From Candidatus Bathyarchaeota archaeon (GTDB lineage Archaea; Thermoproteota; Bathyarchaeia; Bathyarchaeales; Bathycorpusculaceae), in assembly GCA_963775685.1 (NCBI GenBank), contig CAVZJV010000014.1:1312001-1376000 (forward strand): a stretch of DNA of 64,000 nucleotides. Direction: 5' to 3'. Under the pieces are notes generated by a model, which saw only the letters and a list, made by a program, of their open reading frames with translations, was not told the DNA's origin and ran no database searches. Position 1 is the first letter of the stretch. Each line of letters opens with the position of its first letter. Shown piece by piece: positions 42,914 through 51,939 of this stretch. The translations under genes were made by a program, and so were the position numbers.

Positions 42914-43529
42914 TCAATGTTTATTTTCAGATTTTCCTATATTGCATTTTATTGCAAATATAACAGAGAGTAAAGAGGAAAGTAATGGTAAAATTACTAA
43001 CCAGGAAAATTCTGGAGTTGTTAGTGGAGATGTGTCAACTGTAAATTCAACAGTTTTATAAGAAGAGACTTCAAATCTTTCCAAACTTGGGTTTTCTGGA
43101 ATCCCCAAATATTGCCATCAATAGTAAACTGTGACATTATGGTTCCCTTCAGATAAAGCTGGCAACATCACGTCTGCTGAAGCGGTGGTGGTCCAATGGT
43201 ACCAATCTGGAATGCCTGTCTTATCCACTATGTTATTCACAAAGCTGCTAACGCTATTGATAATTCCACCATCCAAACTATATCCAACATTACCTAATTG
43301 CCCCAACATTATGGTTACTTCAACAGTAAAATTCAGTAGTATCTGATTTGAATACCTGCTTTGGTTTTGAGGAGAAAGAATTTTGATGCTATACCTAACT
43401 ATCGTCTGCATAGAAAAATGTAGCAAGACCTAAAGTTGGGACATCTTGTGTTGTTGGAGCCTGCGCTTTTGCTAATGATGGAATTAAAAAGATGGATAAT
43501 AGGATTGCAATTGTTAGTGCTTTTTTCAT
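42914..43529 (-). pseudogene. Secreted Ig-like protein with PEFS sorting signal, disrupted (frameshift plus in-frame TGA at 43118)
   Basis: MKKALTIAILL signal; ILSPQN, GYSLDG, LSEGNHNVTVY, FTVDT, PEFSWL + TM. Confidence 0.72.
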
Positions 43530-43693
43530 TTAGGCATCAAAAAATCATCGGTATTTTTCTTGTTAAAAACATTCTTGTCAACATGCCTATACCAAAACTG
43601 GAGTGATTTATTATCCAAGTTTCTTGACTAATCGTTTCTATCTATTAGTAACTCCTAAAATTCCCACAAGTAGAAATCCATTCATCAGTTGTT

Positions 43694-43747
43694 TTTCTTG
43701 AGTCCGTGAGATAGGTTTAAATTGGGAAAGATAAAGTATAAAAAATA
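43694..43747. repeat. 55-bp dispersed repeat, copy 2
   Basis: Near-identical to 27716-27770; sits right after the leuB stop. Confidence 0.85.
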
Positions 43748-43770
43748 AAATTCTAAGGAAGGAAAAGTGA

Positions 43771-44799
43771 CTATTTTGCCATTTTAACTTTAGCAACTAT
43801 GGCATCTGCCACCTCGCTTGTAGTAGCTTTCCCGTCTAAATCTGTGGTTCGTACCTTGCCCTCTTTGAGCACGCTAATCACAGTATTCTCGATTTTTGCC
43901 GCCGCATCTTTTTCGCCAAGGTAATCCAGCATCAAAGCACCCGCCATAATAGTTGCTATGGGATTAACCCTGTTCATGCCTGTGTACTTGGGCGCTGATC
44001 CATGAACGGGTTCGAACATGCCGTAGTTCTCGCCGATGTTAGCTCCCGCCGCTAAACCCAAGCTCCCTGTGACTTGCGCTGCTTCGTCACTAATGATATC
44101 GCCGAACAAGTTAGTTGTAACCATTACGTCGTAGGCTTCCGGTTTTTTGATTAACTGCATGGTTGCTGCATCAATGTGCAGGTCATCGACTTCAACGTCT
44201 AGATAGTTTTGTTGGGCTTCTTTAACTGCGTCTTTAAATATGCCGTCAGTTACCCGTAGAATATTGCCCTTGTGGATGTAGGTGAGGTGTTTTCTTCGTT
44301 GACTGGCAAGTTTGAAGGCGAAGTTTGCAACCTTCAAGGAGGCTTCGCGGGTGATTATTCGCAGGGCTACGCCCACGCCGGGAGCCAGCAGCGATTCCAT
44401 GCCCGAATACATGCCCTCTGTGTTTTCTCGCACCACAACAAGGTCGATGTTTGGTTTGAGAGCTTCCACGCTTGGGAAAGTTCTGCATGGACGCACGTTC
44501 GCATACAGATTGAACATGCGCCGCAGGGTCACGGCTACGCTGACTGGTGCGCCTGGCTCTTCGGGGGTAGTCATAGGTCCTTTAAGGCAGGCCTCGGTTT
44601 TCTTGATTAACTCAATGGTTTCTTTGGGCAAATTGGTGCCGTATTGAGGTATGCAGTGTGCTCCTGCTTCACCGTAGAGGAAGTTAAGTTTAAAATTGGA
44701 TTTTTTTTCCATTGCTTCGAGGACTTTTACAGTTGCCTCGGTGACTTCCGGTCCGATGCCGTCGCCTTTAAGCGTGGCTATATTGTAAGTTTTAACCAT
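43771..44799 (-). CDS. leuB: 3-isopropylmalate/isocitrate family dehydrogenase (LeuB-like)
   Basis: GDGIGPEV, RENTEG, NLFGDIISD, EPVHGSAP; BCAA gene neighbourhood. Confidence 0.85.
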   Translation of the reverse strand: MVKTYNIATLKGDGIGPEVTEATVKVLEAMEKKSNFKLNFLYGEAGAHCIPQYGTNLPKETIELIKKTEACLKGPMTTPEEPGAPVSVAVTLRRMFNLYANVRPCRTFPSVEALKPNIDLVVVRENTEGMYSGMESLLAPGVGVALRIITREASLKVANFAFKLASQRRKHLTYIHKGNILRVTDGIFKDAVKEAQQNYLDVEVDDLHIDAATMQLIKKPEAYDVMVTTNLFGDIISDEAAQVTGSLGLAAGANIGENYGMFEPVHGSAPKYTGMNRVNPIATIMAGALMLDYLGEKDAAAKIENTVISVLKEGKVRTTDLDGKATTSEVADAIVAKVKMAK

Positions 44800-44885
44800 A
44801 TTAGGTGCCTTCTGTTTTTTGTTAGTATATTGTTTTTGCTTATCAGCATTCCTGTTATCCTTTTGTTTTTCTAAACAAAAATGCG

Positions 44886-45410
44886 CTAAACTTTGCTTTT
44901 ATGATCGAGGTAGAGTTGCCGTTGTTTCTGATATTCCTTAATGTCTTCTTTTCCTTTGTAGCGTCGCATTGTTGCAGCATTTGTTCTAACTCGTTCAAAC
45001 CGTTTTTGGGTGTTGAGTCTTTCAGCGAGTTTAATTACATCGTTTGGCTTGCCAAACTTCTCCGCAGTACCATCTTCACGTTTACGCTCTACCTTTATGC
45101 AATCATCTACCATGCAGTTAAGCACGCAGGCGCCGCAGTAAACGCACAAGTCCTCGGTTATACCAACTCCGCTAGTGCTCCAATACAACGCGTTAGTTGG
45201 GCAAGCTTTAATGCAAAGCCTACATTGCCCACCGACACAGGTGAACTTGTTAACACTTATTTTACCTTCTTTGAAGAGTTCTTTAACTCCCGTGGATTCT
45301 AAAAGTTCCTTGCGCCGCTGCCGTTTTTCTGCTTCTTCATCAACTTGACTTTCGCTCTCTTCATTCATCAGGTCGAATATAGAAGGCTGTTTCGACGGCA
45401 TTGGAATCAC
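44886..45410 (-). CDS. 2x[4Fe-4S] ferredoxin-domain protein
   Basis: CVGGQCRLCIKACP and CVYCGACVLNC. Confidence 0.85.
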   Translation of the reverse strand: MIPMPSKQPSIFDLMNEESESQVDEEAEKRQRRKELLESTGVKELFKEGKISVNKFTCVGGQCRLCIKACPTNALYWSTSGVGITEDLCVYCGACVLNCMVDDCIKVERKREDGTAEKFGKPNDVIKLAERLNTQKRFERVRTNAATMRRYKGKEDIKEYQKQRQLYLDHKSKV

Positions 45411-45554
45411 GACTAAGTTGATTGTTTTAAAAATAGGGTTTATGAATTATAATTACATAGTGGTGCCTACAGGTTAAGATAATCCATTCTGCTATGCTTT
45501 TTTGCGATTTCAACATTTTTTGCACCTTTTTTATTTTCCACTTTTTTAAAAAAA

Positions 45555-46610
45555 CTATTCAGGAAAGAGTATATCGTCAGAGTCTAAAGTCATTAAGCCG
45601 TCAGAGTCATTTAGGTCTTTTTCGTCTTTTTGGTCATCTTTTTCCATTTCGTTTAAGCCTTGAGAGTTTGGTCTCTGTGCTTTTGCAATGTAGCTTTTGA
45701 GCCACTGGTTTATTTTTTCGCTTAGTGTTTTGGGTTTCGGCAATGTGTTAAGCCATAGCTGTTTTATTTCTTGGTTGACTATGTACGGTTTGCCGTTCTG
45801 CTTAAACTCTGGGCTTACAAAAATAGACCCCTCATAAAACCAAGTTTTTGGTTTCATATTTGCGAAGTCTAAGCCTTTCGTTTTTTCAATGCGTCTTAAG
45901 TTTGGTGAAATGTCTTCATTACTTAGTTTGCCTATGCATTGAATCTGTTTAGACCTTATTGTTTTGCTAAAATCGGTTAACCGTTGGCTTGAAGTGAAAA
46001 AGCCTTCCCTGTTGTTTCTGCCTTCATTGAAAACCGTTAAGAATTCCTCTGTCTCAGTGCTTGAGGTTGAACGACTGCTAAAAGCGTTCTGAGCCTCTTC
46101 TATATAGAAACCTATGGCTTTTGTGTTTTCGTGAGTGCTTGAGGTTGTTTTTTCGGCTCTCTGTTGACTGTCTAAATAGTTTATCACTGTTCTTATGAAA
46201 AAGCCACGTTTAGAAGGTTTTCGGGTTTTCAGTCTAAATAAAACGTCTTTATGGGTTTCTAAGCAGATTTTAATTAAATTGCTGTTTTGAAGGCTATATT
46301 TCTCTATTGAATCGGTCTTACTTCTTGCTGTCTCTAAAATGTCTTTTTCACTTATGTTAAAAACTGGGATTCTTGAAAAGCTGTAAATCCAAGTTTCTGA
46401 GCCGTCAAAAATTATGTTTCTCACGTTTGGCTCTTTCATTAATTGCTCTGCAATGCTAAACATTAAGCGTGTTTTTCCGTGGCTTTTTGAAGCTACAATA
46501 TGAGAGCCGATTCTTAGACCCTCTGAGACAAAAGCGTTAAAACTGCTATGGTCTTCTATGTTGACTTGCTTAGTTTGGCTGTTTGGCTCTGTTTGTGGTT
46601 GTTGTGTCAT
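45555..46610 (-). CDS. HerA/FtsK-superfamily P-loop ATPase
   Basis: Deviant Walker A IVASKSHGKT, IIFD strand, Walker B FYIEEAQ, EGRN arginine finger, TSSQR. Confidence 0.8.
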   Translation of the reverse strand: MTQQPQTEPNSQTKQVNIEDHSSFNAFVSEGLRIGSHIVASKSHGKTRLMFSIAEQLMKEPNVRNIIFDGSETWIYSFSRIPVFNISEKDILETARSKTDSIEKYSLQNSNLIKICLETHKDVLFRLKTRKPSKRGFFIRTVINYLDSQQRAEKTTSSTHENTKAIGFYIEEAQNAFSSRSTSSTETEEFLTVFNEGRNNREGFFTSSQRLTDFSKTIRSKQIQCIGKLSNEDISPNLRRIEKTKGLDFANMKPKTWFYEGSIFVSPEFKQNGKPYIVNQEIKQLWLNTLPKPKTLSEKINQWLKSYIAKAQRPNSQGLNEMEKDDQKDEKDLNDSDGLMTLDSDDILFPE

Positions 46611-47118
46611 TTCATACACCAAGTTAGGGGTCAAAATCGAAGGTATATATGCAGTATGGCAAAAAGACCATACTTTTTATAAAAAGTGGCTGAAAAGCAT
46701 CTCAAATTAGGCTTATTTTGGGGTGTCTTCGAATGCGTTTCGACCAAGTTTAAGGCTTTTTTGCCTAAATAATCAGTTTTGAGCCTTATTTCAAGTGTTT
46801 ACCATCAAAAAAATGGAGTAAAATTTCAGACTTTTGAAAATTGCCTTTTGCCTACTATGCATAGAAGGGTTTTGAAAGGTTCAGCTTAGAGATTGTAATT
46901 CATTTTAAAACCGCTAAAAAAAGTTGATAATCTACTATGAAAATCGAAACCTTTTGAGTTTGGTTTCTGAAATAGCGTTCTAAGAGTCTCATAAGGGGAT
47001 TTAAATTTAGCTACTTTTTGAAATCGTGATTTCGGAAATTGGAAAAAATTGAAAATTATTGAGAAGGGCAGGAGGGTTCTATGGTGCAAAACACTTTTCT
47101 TGATGGCAAGAAGAGGTT

Positions 47119-47982
47119 TTATTTTTTTAGAGCAATCCCATTTTTTGTGGCTTTTACTTTAAGATAGTTTACAAACGCCGAACAAGAAACAAGCATAAAT
47201 TTAGCTTCTTCAAAATCTGCCTTTATTTTATCCTCTTTTAAAGAGTGCCGTATCCCATCTGCATCGTTTGTATAAGCATATAGATTTGAGAACGCTTCCT
47301 TGAGCGATGTGTGTAACGTAATTTTGCTTTCTCGCTCAATAATACTAAGTGCTCTGCCAAGAGTTGTTTTTTCGTCGTTTGCTATTATCTTACAGATTGC
47401 CTCAACTGCTGAAATTGATTCTTTAATAGAGTTTCTGTAATCAGGTGAAACTCTGTTGGACATTAATTTTAAAGAATTTTCTAAATGAACATTAACTGAC
47501 TTCAAAGGTGATGTCATAGCTTCTTCTATTTCGGAGAGTTCCACATTGGAAGTTATAGCAGCAATTTGTTTTCCTATAAAACGATAAGCTGATAATTCGC
47601 TCTCAAGAATTCTATTGCATTCCTTGATGAAATTGGCATTTTTATATTCGTTTGGATAGTTTGTAGCAATAAATTCAACAAAATTGTAAACTTCATACCA
47701 TTTAGCTTTGAAGAAGTAATCTCTAATTATTCCATTGGTTTTTCCCCAATCATCTGGTACTGTGTCAATAGGATATCTAAAATAGGAATCCCACAGAGTA
47801 TCAGCGAATTTGCACATTTCAGGAACCATTCGGTAGAAGTTAATTGCTCCATAGCCACCAATAGTCCAATAAAACTTATGAAGGGCATTCCAAAGACTGT
47901 TTCTCAATTCGTTACTCATTGACTCAATCTGTGTTTCCTCTTTTGGTTTTGTGATGCCTGTTCTCTCGGAGAAATTTTTCAT
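47119..47982 (-). CDS. AbiJ-NTD4-like/HEPN putative antiviral protein
   Basis: FSERTG...LRNSLWN N-terminus, WYEVYNFVE, DYRNSIKESISAVE, YTNDADGIRH (HEPN-type RH motif). Confidence 0.8.
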   Translation of the reverse strand: MKNFSERTGITKPKEETQIESMSNELRNSLWNALHKFYWTIGGYGAINFYRMVPEMCKFADTLWDSYFRYPIDTVPDDWGKTNGIIRDYFFKAKWYEVYNFVEFIATNYPNEYKNANFIKECNRILESELSAYRFIGKQIAAITSNVELSEIEEAMTSPLKSVNVHLENSLKLMSNRVSPDYRNSIKESISAVEAICKIIANDEKTTLGRALSIIERESKITLHTSLKEAFSNLYAYTNDADGIRHSLKEDKIKADFEEAKFMLVSCSAFVNYLKVKATKNGIALKK

Positions 47983-48093
47983 CAGTTCCCAAACCCTTCC
48001 AACTAATAGTGACTCTTTTCCTCACTTAACGCTTTGCGTTTTCAATGCAATAAGATTCATAAGTATAAACAGTAAAAGAAGAATTGATTAAGA

Positions 48094-48480
48094 ATGTCAA
48101 ACGAAGAAAAGAAATCTTGCTTTGACTGTGCTTATCGCAGAACCGTCGCATTTGGTGGCAAAATAAACGGCAAAGTCATCCAAGGTGCTACTTATTGCAG
48201 ACAGAAAAGCCCTTCTTTCAACGAGAAAGATTTAGAAAACAATGTATGTGAGAAGTTTCTACTCAAAAAGACAGGAATGACTTTAGAGGAACAACTTGAA
48301 GAACAGAAACAAGAAAAAATTAAAAAGCAACAGTTAGTGGAACAAGTAAGAATAACTAAAGAAAACAATAACTTACCAAATCGTCTTAAAAAAAATTGGA
48401 AAACAATAGTTGGAATTATAGGTGTTGTTGCAAGTATTGCGACAATTGTGGAACTTTATCTCCTATTGATTAGATATTAA
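48094..48480 (+). CDS. Hypothetical Cys-motif protein with coiled coil and C-terminal TM
   Basis: CFDC...C...C, Q/E/K heptads, hydrophobic C-terminus. Confidence 0.65.
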   Translation: MSNEEKKSCFDCAYRRTVAFGGKINGKVIQGATYCRQKSPSFNEKDLENNVCEKFLLKKTGMTLEEQLEEQKQEKIKKQQLVEQVRITKENNNLPNRLKKNWKTIVGIIGVVASIATIVELYLLLIRY

Positions 48481-48599
48481 TTCGTTTTTGTGCCTTGCAC
48501 CGTACGAGAAGCCTAAAAAAATCCATTCATATAACGCACACCTATAGCTTCAATCCTTGTTATGGTAGATTACTTTTTTTGACTTTGTACTTTATTACC

Positions 48600-48977
48600 C
48601 TAATGAGGGAAAAACATTCCGAAAATGTTTTTAGCTGGTTGTTTATGAGTCTTAAAATAGTTAATTCTGTATTCTTTTATCAAATTCCCTATTTGCTCAG
48701 AAAATAAACTTAAAACTGTATTGTGATAAGTAGCTTTAGTTAAGTAAAAATATTGTCGTTCTATTTCCGTCTGGAACATTGTTTTTAAATTCCAGTTCTC
48801 TATAAACTCGTTATAGGGTAATCTTAATTTAAATTGAAATGTTGGTTTATGTGGATACGTGTTTATTTCGCTAAGTTTATCAGTCATTGCTTTAAATAGG
48901 GTTTCAGTCTTCAAATTTAGTTCCGAGTTATCTATGCATCTATCGTAACATTCTCTTAATGTATCTAAATCAGTCAT
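48600..48977 (-). CDS. Hypothetical protein
   Basis: AGGTG RBS before ATG at 48977; no family recognised. Confidence 0.6.
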   Translation of the reverse strand: MTDLDTLRECYDRCIDNSELNLKTETLFKAMTDKLSEINTYPHKPTFQFKLRLPYNEFIENWNLKTMFQTEIERQYFYLTKATYHNTVLSLFSEQIGNLIKEYRINYFKTHKQPAKNIFGMFFPH

Positions 48978-49054
48978 TCCTAAACACCTGATACTATAGA
49001 TAGTCAAAAAATATATATGCGCTATGGGGTACAGTAACAAAATGAGATAGTAAT

Positions 49055-49225
49055 TTGAAAATAGATGCAAGCGATGGAATTATGATTATTCTTGCTGTGT
49101 TCATTTTAGGTGCATATTGGGCTCTTCCTAAAGAGACTCTCTATCAAGCATTGGTAACGATTGTTGCCGCTTTAATCGGTGCTGGTTGGTTAGGTTCTAA
49201 GTCTAAGAGAAAGCGTCAGGATTAG
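49055..49225 (+). CDS. 56-aa two-helix hydrophobic protein with basic tail
   Basis: Manual translation (M)KIDASDGIMIILAVFILGAYWALPKETLYQALVTIVAALIGAGWLGSKSKRKRQD. Confidence 0.6.
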   Translation: MKIDASDGIMIILAVFILGAYWALPKETLYQALVTIVAALIGAGWLGSKSKRKRQD

Positions 49226-49229
49226 AAAT

Positions 49230-49328
49230 TTTCGTAAGGAAGTTAAGGACGCTTTAGGCATAACTGACCCGAAAGGAAAAATTCTTTTTGTCTTAGAAGG
49301 CTCTCAAGTTATCGTTCAAAAGGCTTAA
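49230..49328 (+). pseudogene. C-terminal AbrB/SpoVT-like fragment without start
   Basis: FRKEVKDALGITDPKGKILFVLEGSQVIVQKA; in-frame stop at 49191 and no start codon between. Confidence 0.45.
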
Positions 49329-49900
49329 CCAGCGTACAATTCCCTTAACCTTTTGCTCTCTTCAACCTTAACAATCTTGGAATATTCGACAATAAAGTCA
49401 CTAATATCACTGTAAGATAGACTGCTTACACGTTCTTTATTGTTAATATCACTATTATGAGTAGTTTCATATTGTGAGGTTAATAGTAAATTAATTAATT
49501 GTTCTAATTGTGAAAAACCGCAAATTTGAATTTTGTCGGCTTGAGCAAGGTCTAATACGCTGTTATAGTTTTGTGGTTTATTGGTTAATAATACGTGGAT
49601 ATGAAATTTATCGGCTATGTGGCAATCTTGGAATCTGGGTTTAACTGAGTCTAAATACCATTGCGTTCTTATGGGATAATTAGCTTCGCAGTGCTTGTTT
49701 TCCACATAAATTTTATATGAGCCAACCGTGAAAATAAAATCTACTCTGTGACCTCTTTCCCTTTTCCATAAGTGTGGAATCCAAGAATTATGAAAAGTTA
49801 AGTATTTGCCGAGTTTCTTAGATTGAAACCTCTTAAACAGAGAGTATTCTTGATTTATTCCTATTGTGTCTAACTTGCTTAGATATTGGCTCTGAATTAT
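49325..49900 (-). CDS. PD-(D/E)XK nuclease-fold protein (start probably non-canonical ATA at 49900)
   Basis: Frame open upstream of the track's GTG, giving NQEYSL...RVDFIFTVGSYKIYVENKH (E...D...ExK). Confidence 0.65.
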   Translation of the reverse strand: MIQSQYLSKLDTIGINQEYSLFKRFQSKKLGKYLTFHNSWIPHLWKRERGHRVDFIFTVGSYKIYVENKHCEANYPIRTQWYLDSVKPRFQDCHIADKFHIHVLLTNKPQNYNSVLDLAQADKIQICGFSQLEQLINLLLTSQYETTHNSDINNKERVSSLSYSDISDFIVEYSKIVKVEESKRLRELYAG

Positions 49901-50048
49901 TTTTTCACATCCCCTAAACTATAAAGCCAAACTGCAATGGCTCTTAATATTCCCCAGTGGAATATTTTTTAGTCTATTTATTCCAAACATAATGTTAAAC
50001 TACTATTTAAAACTTATGTTTTTGGGCTTCTTTTGCCAAAAGCGTCAT

Positions 50049-50283
50049 TTAATCAACTGATTAACTAAAAACAGACACAAATATTGCTTATTTAATCAGT
50101 TGATTAAAAAACTTCTGACACTTGAATTCCCATTATTCCCGACAGCTCAATTTGTTAAAAGGAAGATAGGCTAAGGATTGCAGTCCGTTAGCCCCTAAGG
50201 GATGCGAAACCTAATTATGTTATGTCACGTGTCATATTTAAATGTTATGGCACGATTTAGGCTCTATTTAATCAACTGATTAA
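50049..50283. repeat. Three copies of 16-bp near-palindrome TTAATCA(AC/GT)TGATTAA
   Basis: At 50049-50064, 50092-50107 and 50268-50283 in the divergent intergenic region. Confidence 0.9.
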
Positions 50284-50478
50284 AAACTAAGCTACATTCA
50301 ACATTTAACCTATGAAATGCGGCGCAAGCCAAAAATAGCATAAAAAACAGGCTTAAAATCAGCAAAAACCCTTACTTCACTGCTTTTTTGTCCATTGCGG
50401 CACGGAAAAGGCATATTAAAACCATAAGCCATAAATACTCGTTTGTGCTACCTCTAAATAGCTAAAGGTGGCTAAAAT

Positions 50479-50787
50479 ATGGTTAAAAACACAAAACAAG
50501 CACCAATTAAAGTCCGAACAGACACAGCACAACAAATTAGGTTTCTTTCTGAAAAATCACATTTATCTATGACGCAAGTTTTAGCAGAAATTATAGACGC
50601 TGTTTTTACTGTTGGTTGCACATTCGCCACATTGAATCTTTCATATGATTTTGAAATTTCCGAGAGCAAAGTGACAATTTCAGTCGGCGGCAAAAATAAT
50701 TTGCAGAGTGGAAGTTTCGAAGTTCCATCAACTACCAGTGATAAAAAAGTTGATAAAATGATTGCTAAGAGGTTGAAAAGAAAATGA
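50479..50787 (+). CDS. Ribbon-helix-helix-like DNA-binding protein
   Basis: APIKVRTDTAQQIRFLSEKSHLSMTQVLAEII strand-helix-helix pattern; AAGGTGG RBS. Confidence 0.65.
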   Translation: MVKNTKQAPIKVRTDTAQQIRFLSEKSHLSMTQVLAEIIDAVFTVGCTFATLNLSYDFEISESKVTISVGGKNNLQSGSFEVPSTTSDKKVDKMIAKRLKRK

Positions 50788-51356
50788 CCGAAAATAAAGA
50801 CTCACGGGAAATCCACGTTAGCGTTGACAGCGAACAAATGAAGCAACTTTTAGAGCAAAATTCAGCACTGCAAAGGGAAAAAGAAGCCTTAGCTAAAGAA
50901 GTCGAAGAAAACAAAGACGCTAAAGAAAAATTAGACCTGATTGCTCAAAATGCTTTTGAAAAGAGAAAAAGAGAACTTAACGCACCCGAAGACATCACAA
51001 ACCCAGATGAATTGATGGCTTTTGAACGTGGCAAAAAAAGCAATGTAAGAGAAACTGTTCACGTCCCAAGTGGAACAGTCCCATTAAGCACACAGCAAAA
51101 TAACAGCAATCCTCAAGCCTTTGGCACACACGAAGAAATGATAGATTCGATTCGTGACCGTGCAAGTATTCAAAACCCAGATAAACAAGACCGAAAGCAG
51201 GCTCAAGCAATTTTAGATAAACTTTTCGAAAAGAGCCTTAAAGGTCAAAATGAGTCTCGGAAACCCTTCGATTACGAAATGCCAAAAGAAATAAGCCTTA
51301 GCGACTTGCTAAGTGAAAAGTATCGTAGAAGAAAAAATTTAGGAAAAGGTGAATAA
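50784..51356 (+). CDS. Coiled-coil hypothetical protein
   Basis: Charged heptads in N-half; ATGA coupling to upstream gene. Confidence 0.75.
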   Translation: MTENKDSREIHVSVDSEQMKQLLEQNSALQREKEALAKEVEENKDAKEKLDLIAQNAFEKRKRELNAPEDITNPDELMAFERGKKSNVRETVHVPSGTVPLSTQQNNSNPQAFGTHEEMIDSIRDRASIQNPDKQDRKQAQAILDKLFEKSLKGQNESRKPFDYEMPKEISLSDLLSEKYRRRKNLGKGE

Positions 51357-51357
51357 A

Positions 51358-51864
51358 ATGGCAAATATGATTGGAAACGAAAAACTTCAATTTGATGAAT
51401 TGGGAATTCCTTACTATTTAAGAACCATAAACAAGAATGGCGAAACAGAAAAAATTTCCCCAGAACAATGTACTTTACCACTCACTAAAGAGCTAAACAT
51501 TAAAGTGATTATTCGAAGAGAAGGCTGGAATCCCCAGATGCAAAAGCAAGTTTGGTGGGGTCTTCAAACAATCACAATTAAGATTCCAAACGAAAAAGCA
51601 GTTCGCTATCACTATCTCGTTTTCGATGCAAAATGTATGTCAAATATTTGCGTAAAAATACTTTCGCCAGCAATGTATGACGCTTTTGGCAATTACAATT
51701 CTATTTGCTGGAATCTTTCATTGCATCCACTTAAAGAGAGTGTCGAATCTGATTGGTTCAAAAGGTCAAAACCCAAGACGATAACGGCTCTCAAGGCTCA
51801 AGCGATGCTTAGAAACCGTGAAGCACTCACAATCTTGTCAGAAAATGGAGAATTGGCTCAATAG
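51358..51864 (+). CDS. Hypothetical protein
   Basis: AGGTGA RBS; operonic with upstream genes. Confidence 0.72.
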   Translation: MANMIGNEKLQFDELGIPYYLRTINKNGETEKISPEQCTLPLTKELNIKVIIRREGWNPQMQKQVWWGLQTITIKIPNEKAVRYHYLVFDAKCMSNICVKILSPAMYDAFGNYNSICWNLSLHPLKESVESDWFKRSKPKTITALKAQAMLRNREALTILSENGELAQ

Positions 51865-51939
51865 TGACGGTCTTGAGTCGTGGGTTTTATTCGTGTCCAT
51901 CTTTCACCTATTTCACTTTTGCACGGCTCAAGACTTCAC
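51864..51939 (+). ncRNA. Putative structured RNA: 13-bp stem with anti-SD/anti-AUG loop
   Basis: GTCTTGAGTCGTG (51870-51882) pairs with CACGGCTCAAGAC (51922-51934, one G-U); loop holds CATCTTTCACCTA. Confidence 0.45.

Noticed and set aside
43118-43120. In-frame TGA/TAA stops as recoding (Sec, Pyl or alternative code)
   Set aside because: Stops are of mixed types, co-occur with frameshifts, and core genes use all three stops normally
44778-44849. Leu/Ile-rich uORF (MLISKNNILTKNRRHLIWLKLTI) overlapping the leuB start
   Set aside because: 9 of 23 Leu/Ile is explainable by AT-rich composition; no clear promoter or structure; revisit only if the ilvB leader is confirmed
45555-46610. ATPase as inovirus Zot/pI marker
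   Set aside because: No C-terminal TM anchor and no RCR Rep or coat-gene cluster; motifs fit the HerA-like clade better
50049-50283. Palindromic repeats as a mini CRISPR array
   Set aside because: Only 16 bp, irregular spacing (27 and 160 nt), mixed orientation, no cas genes
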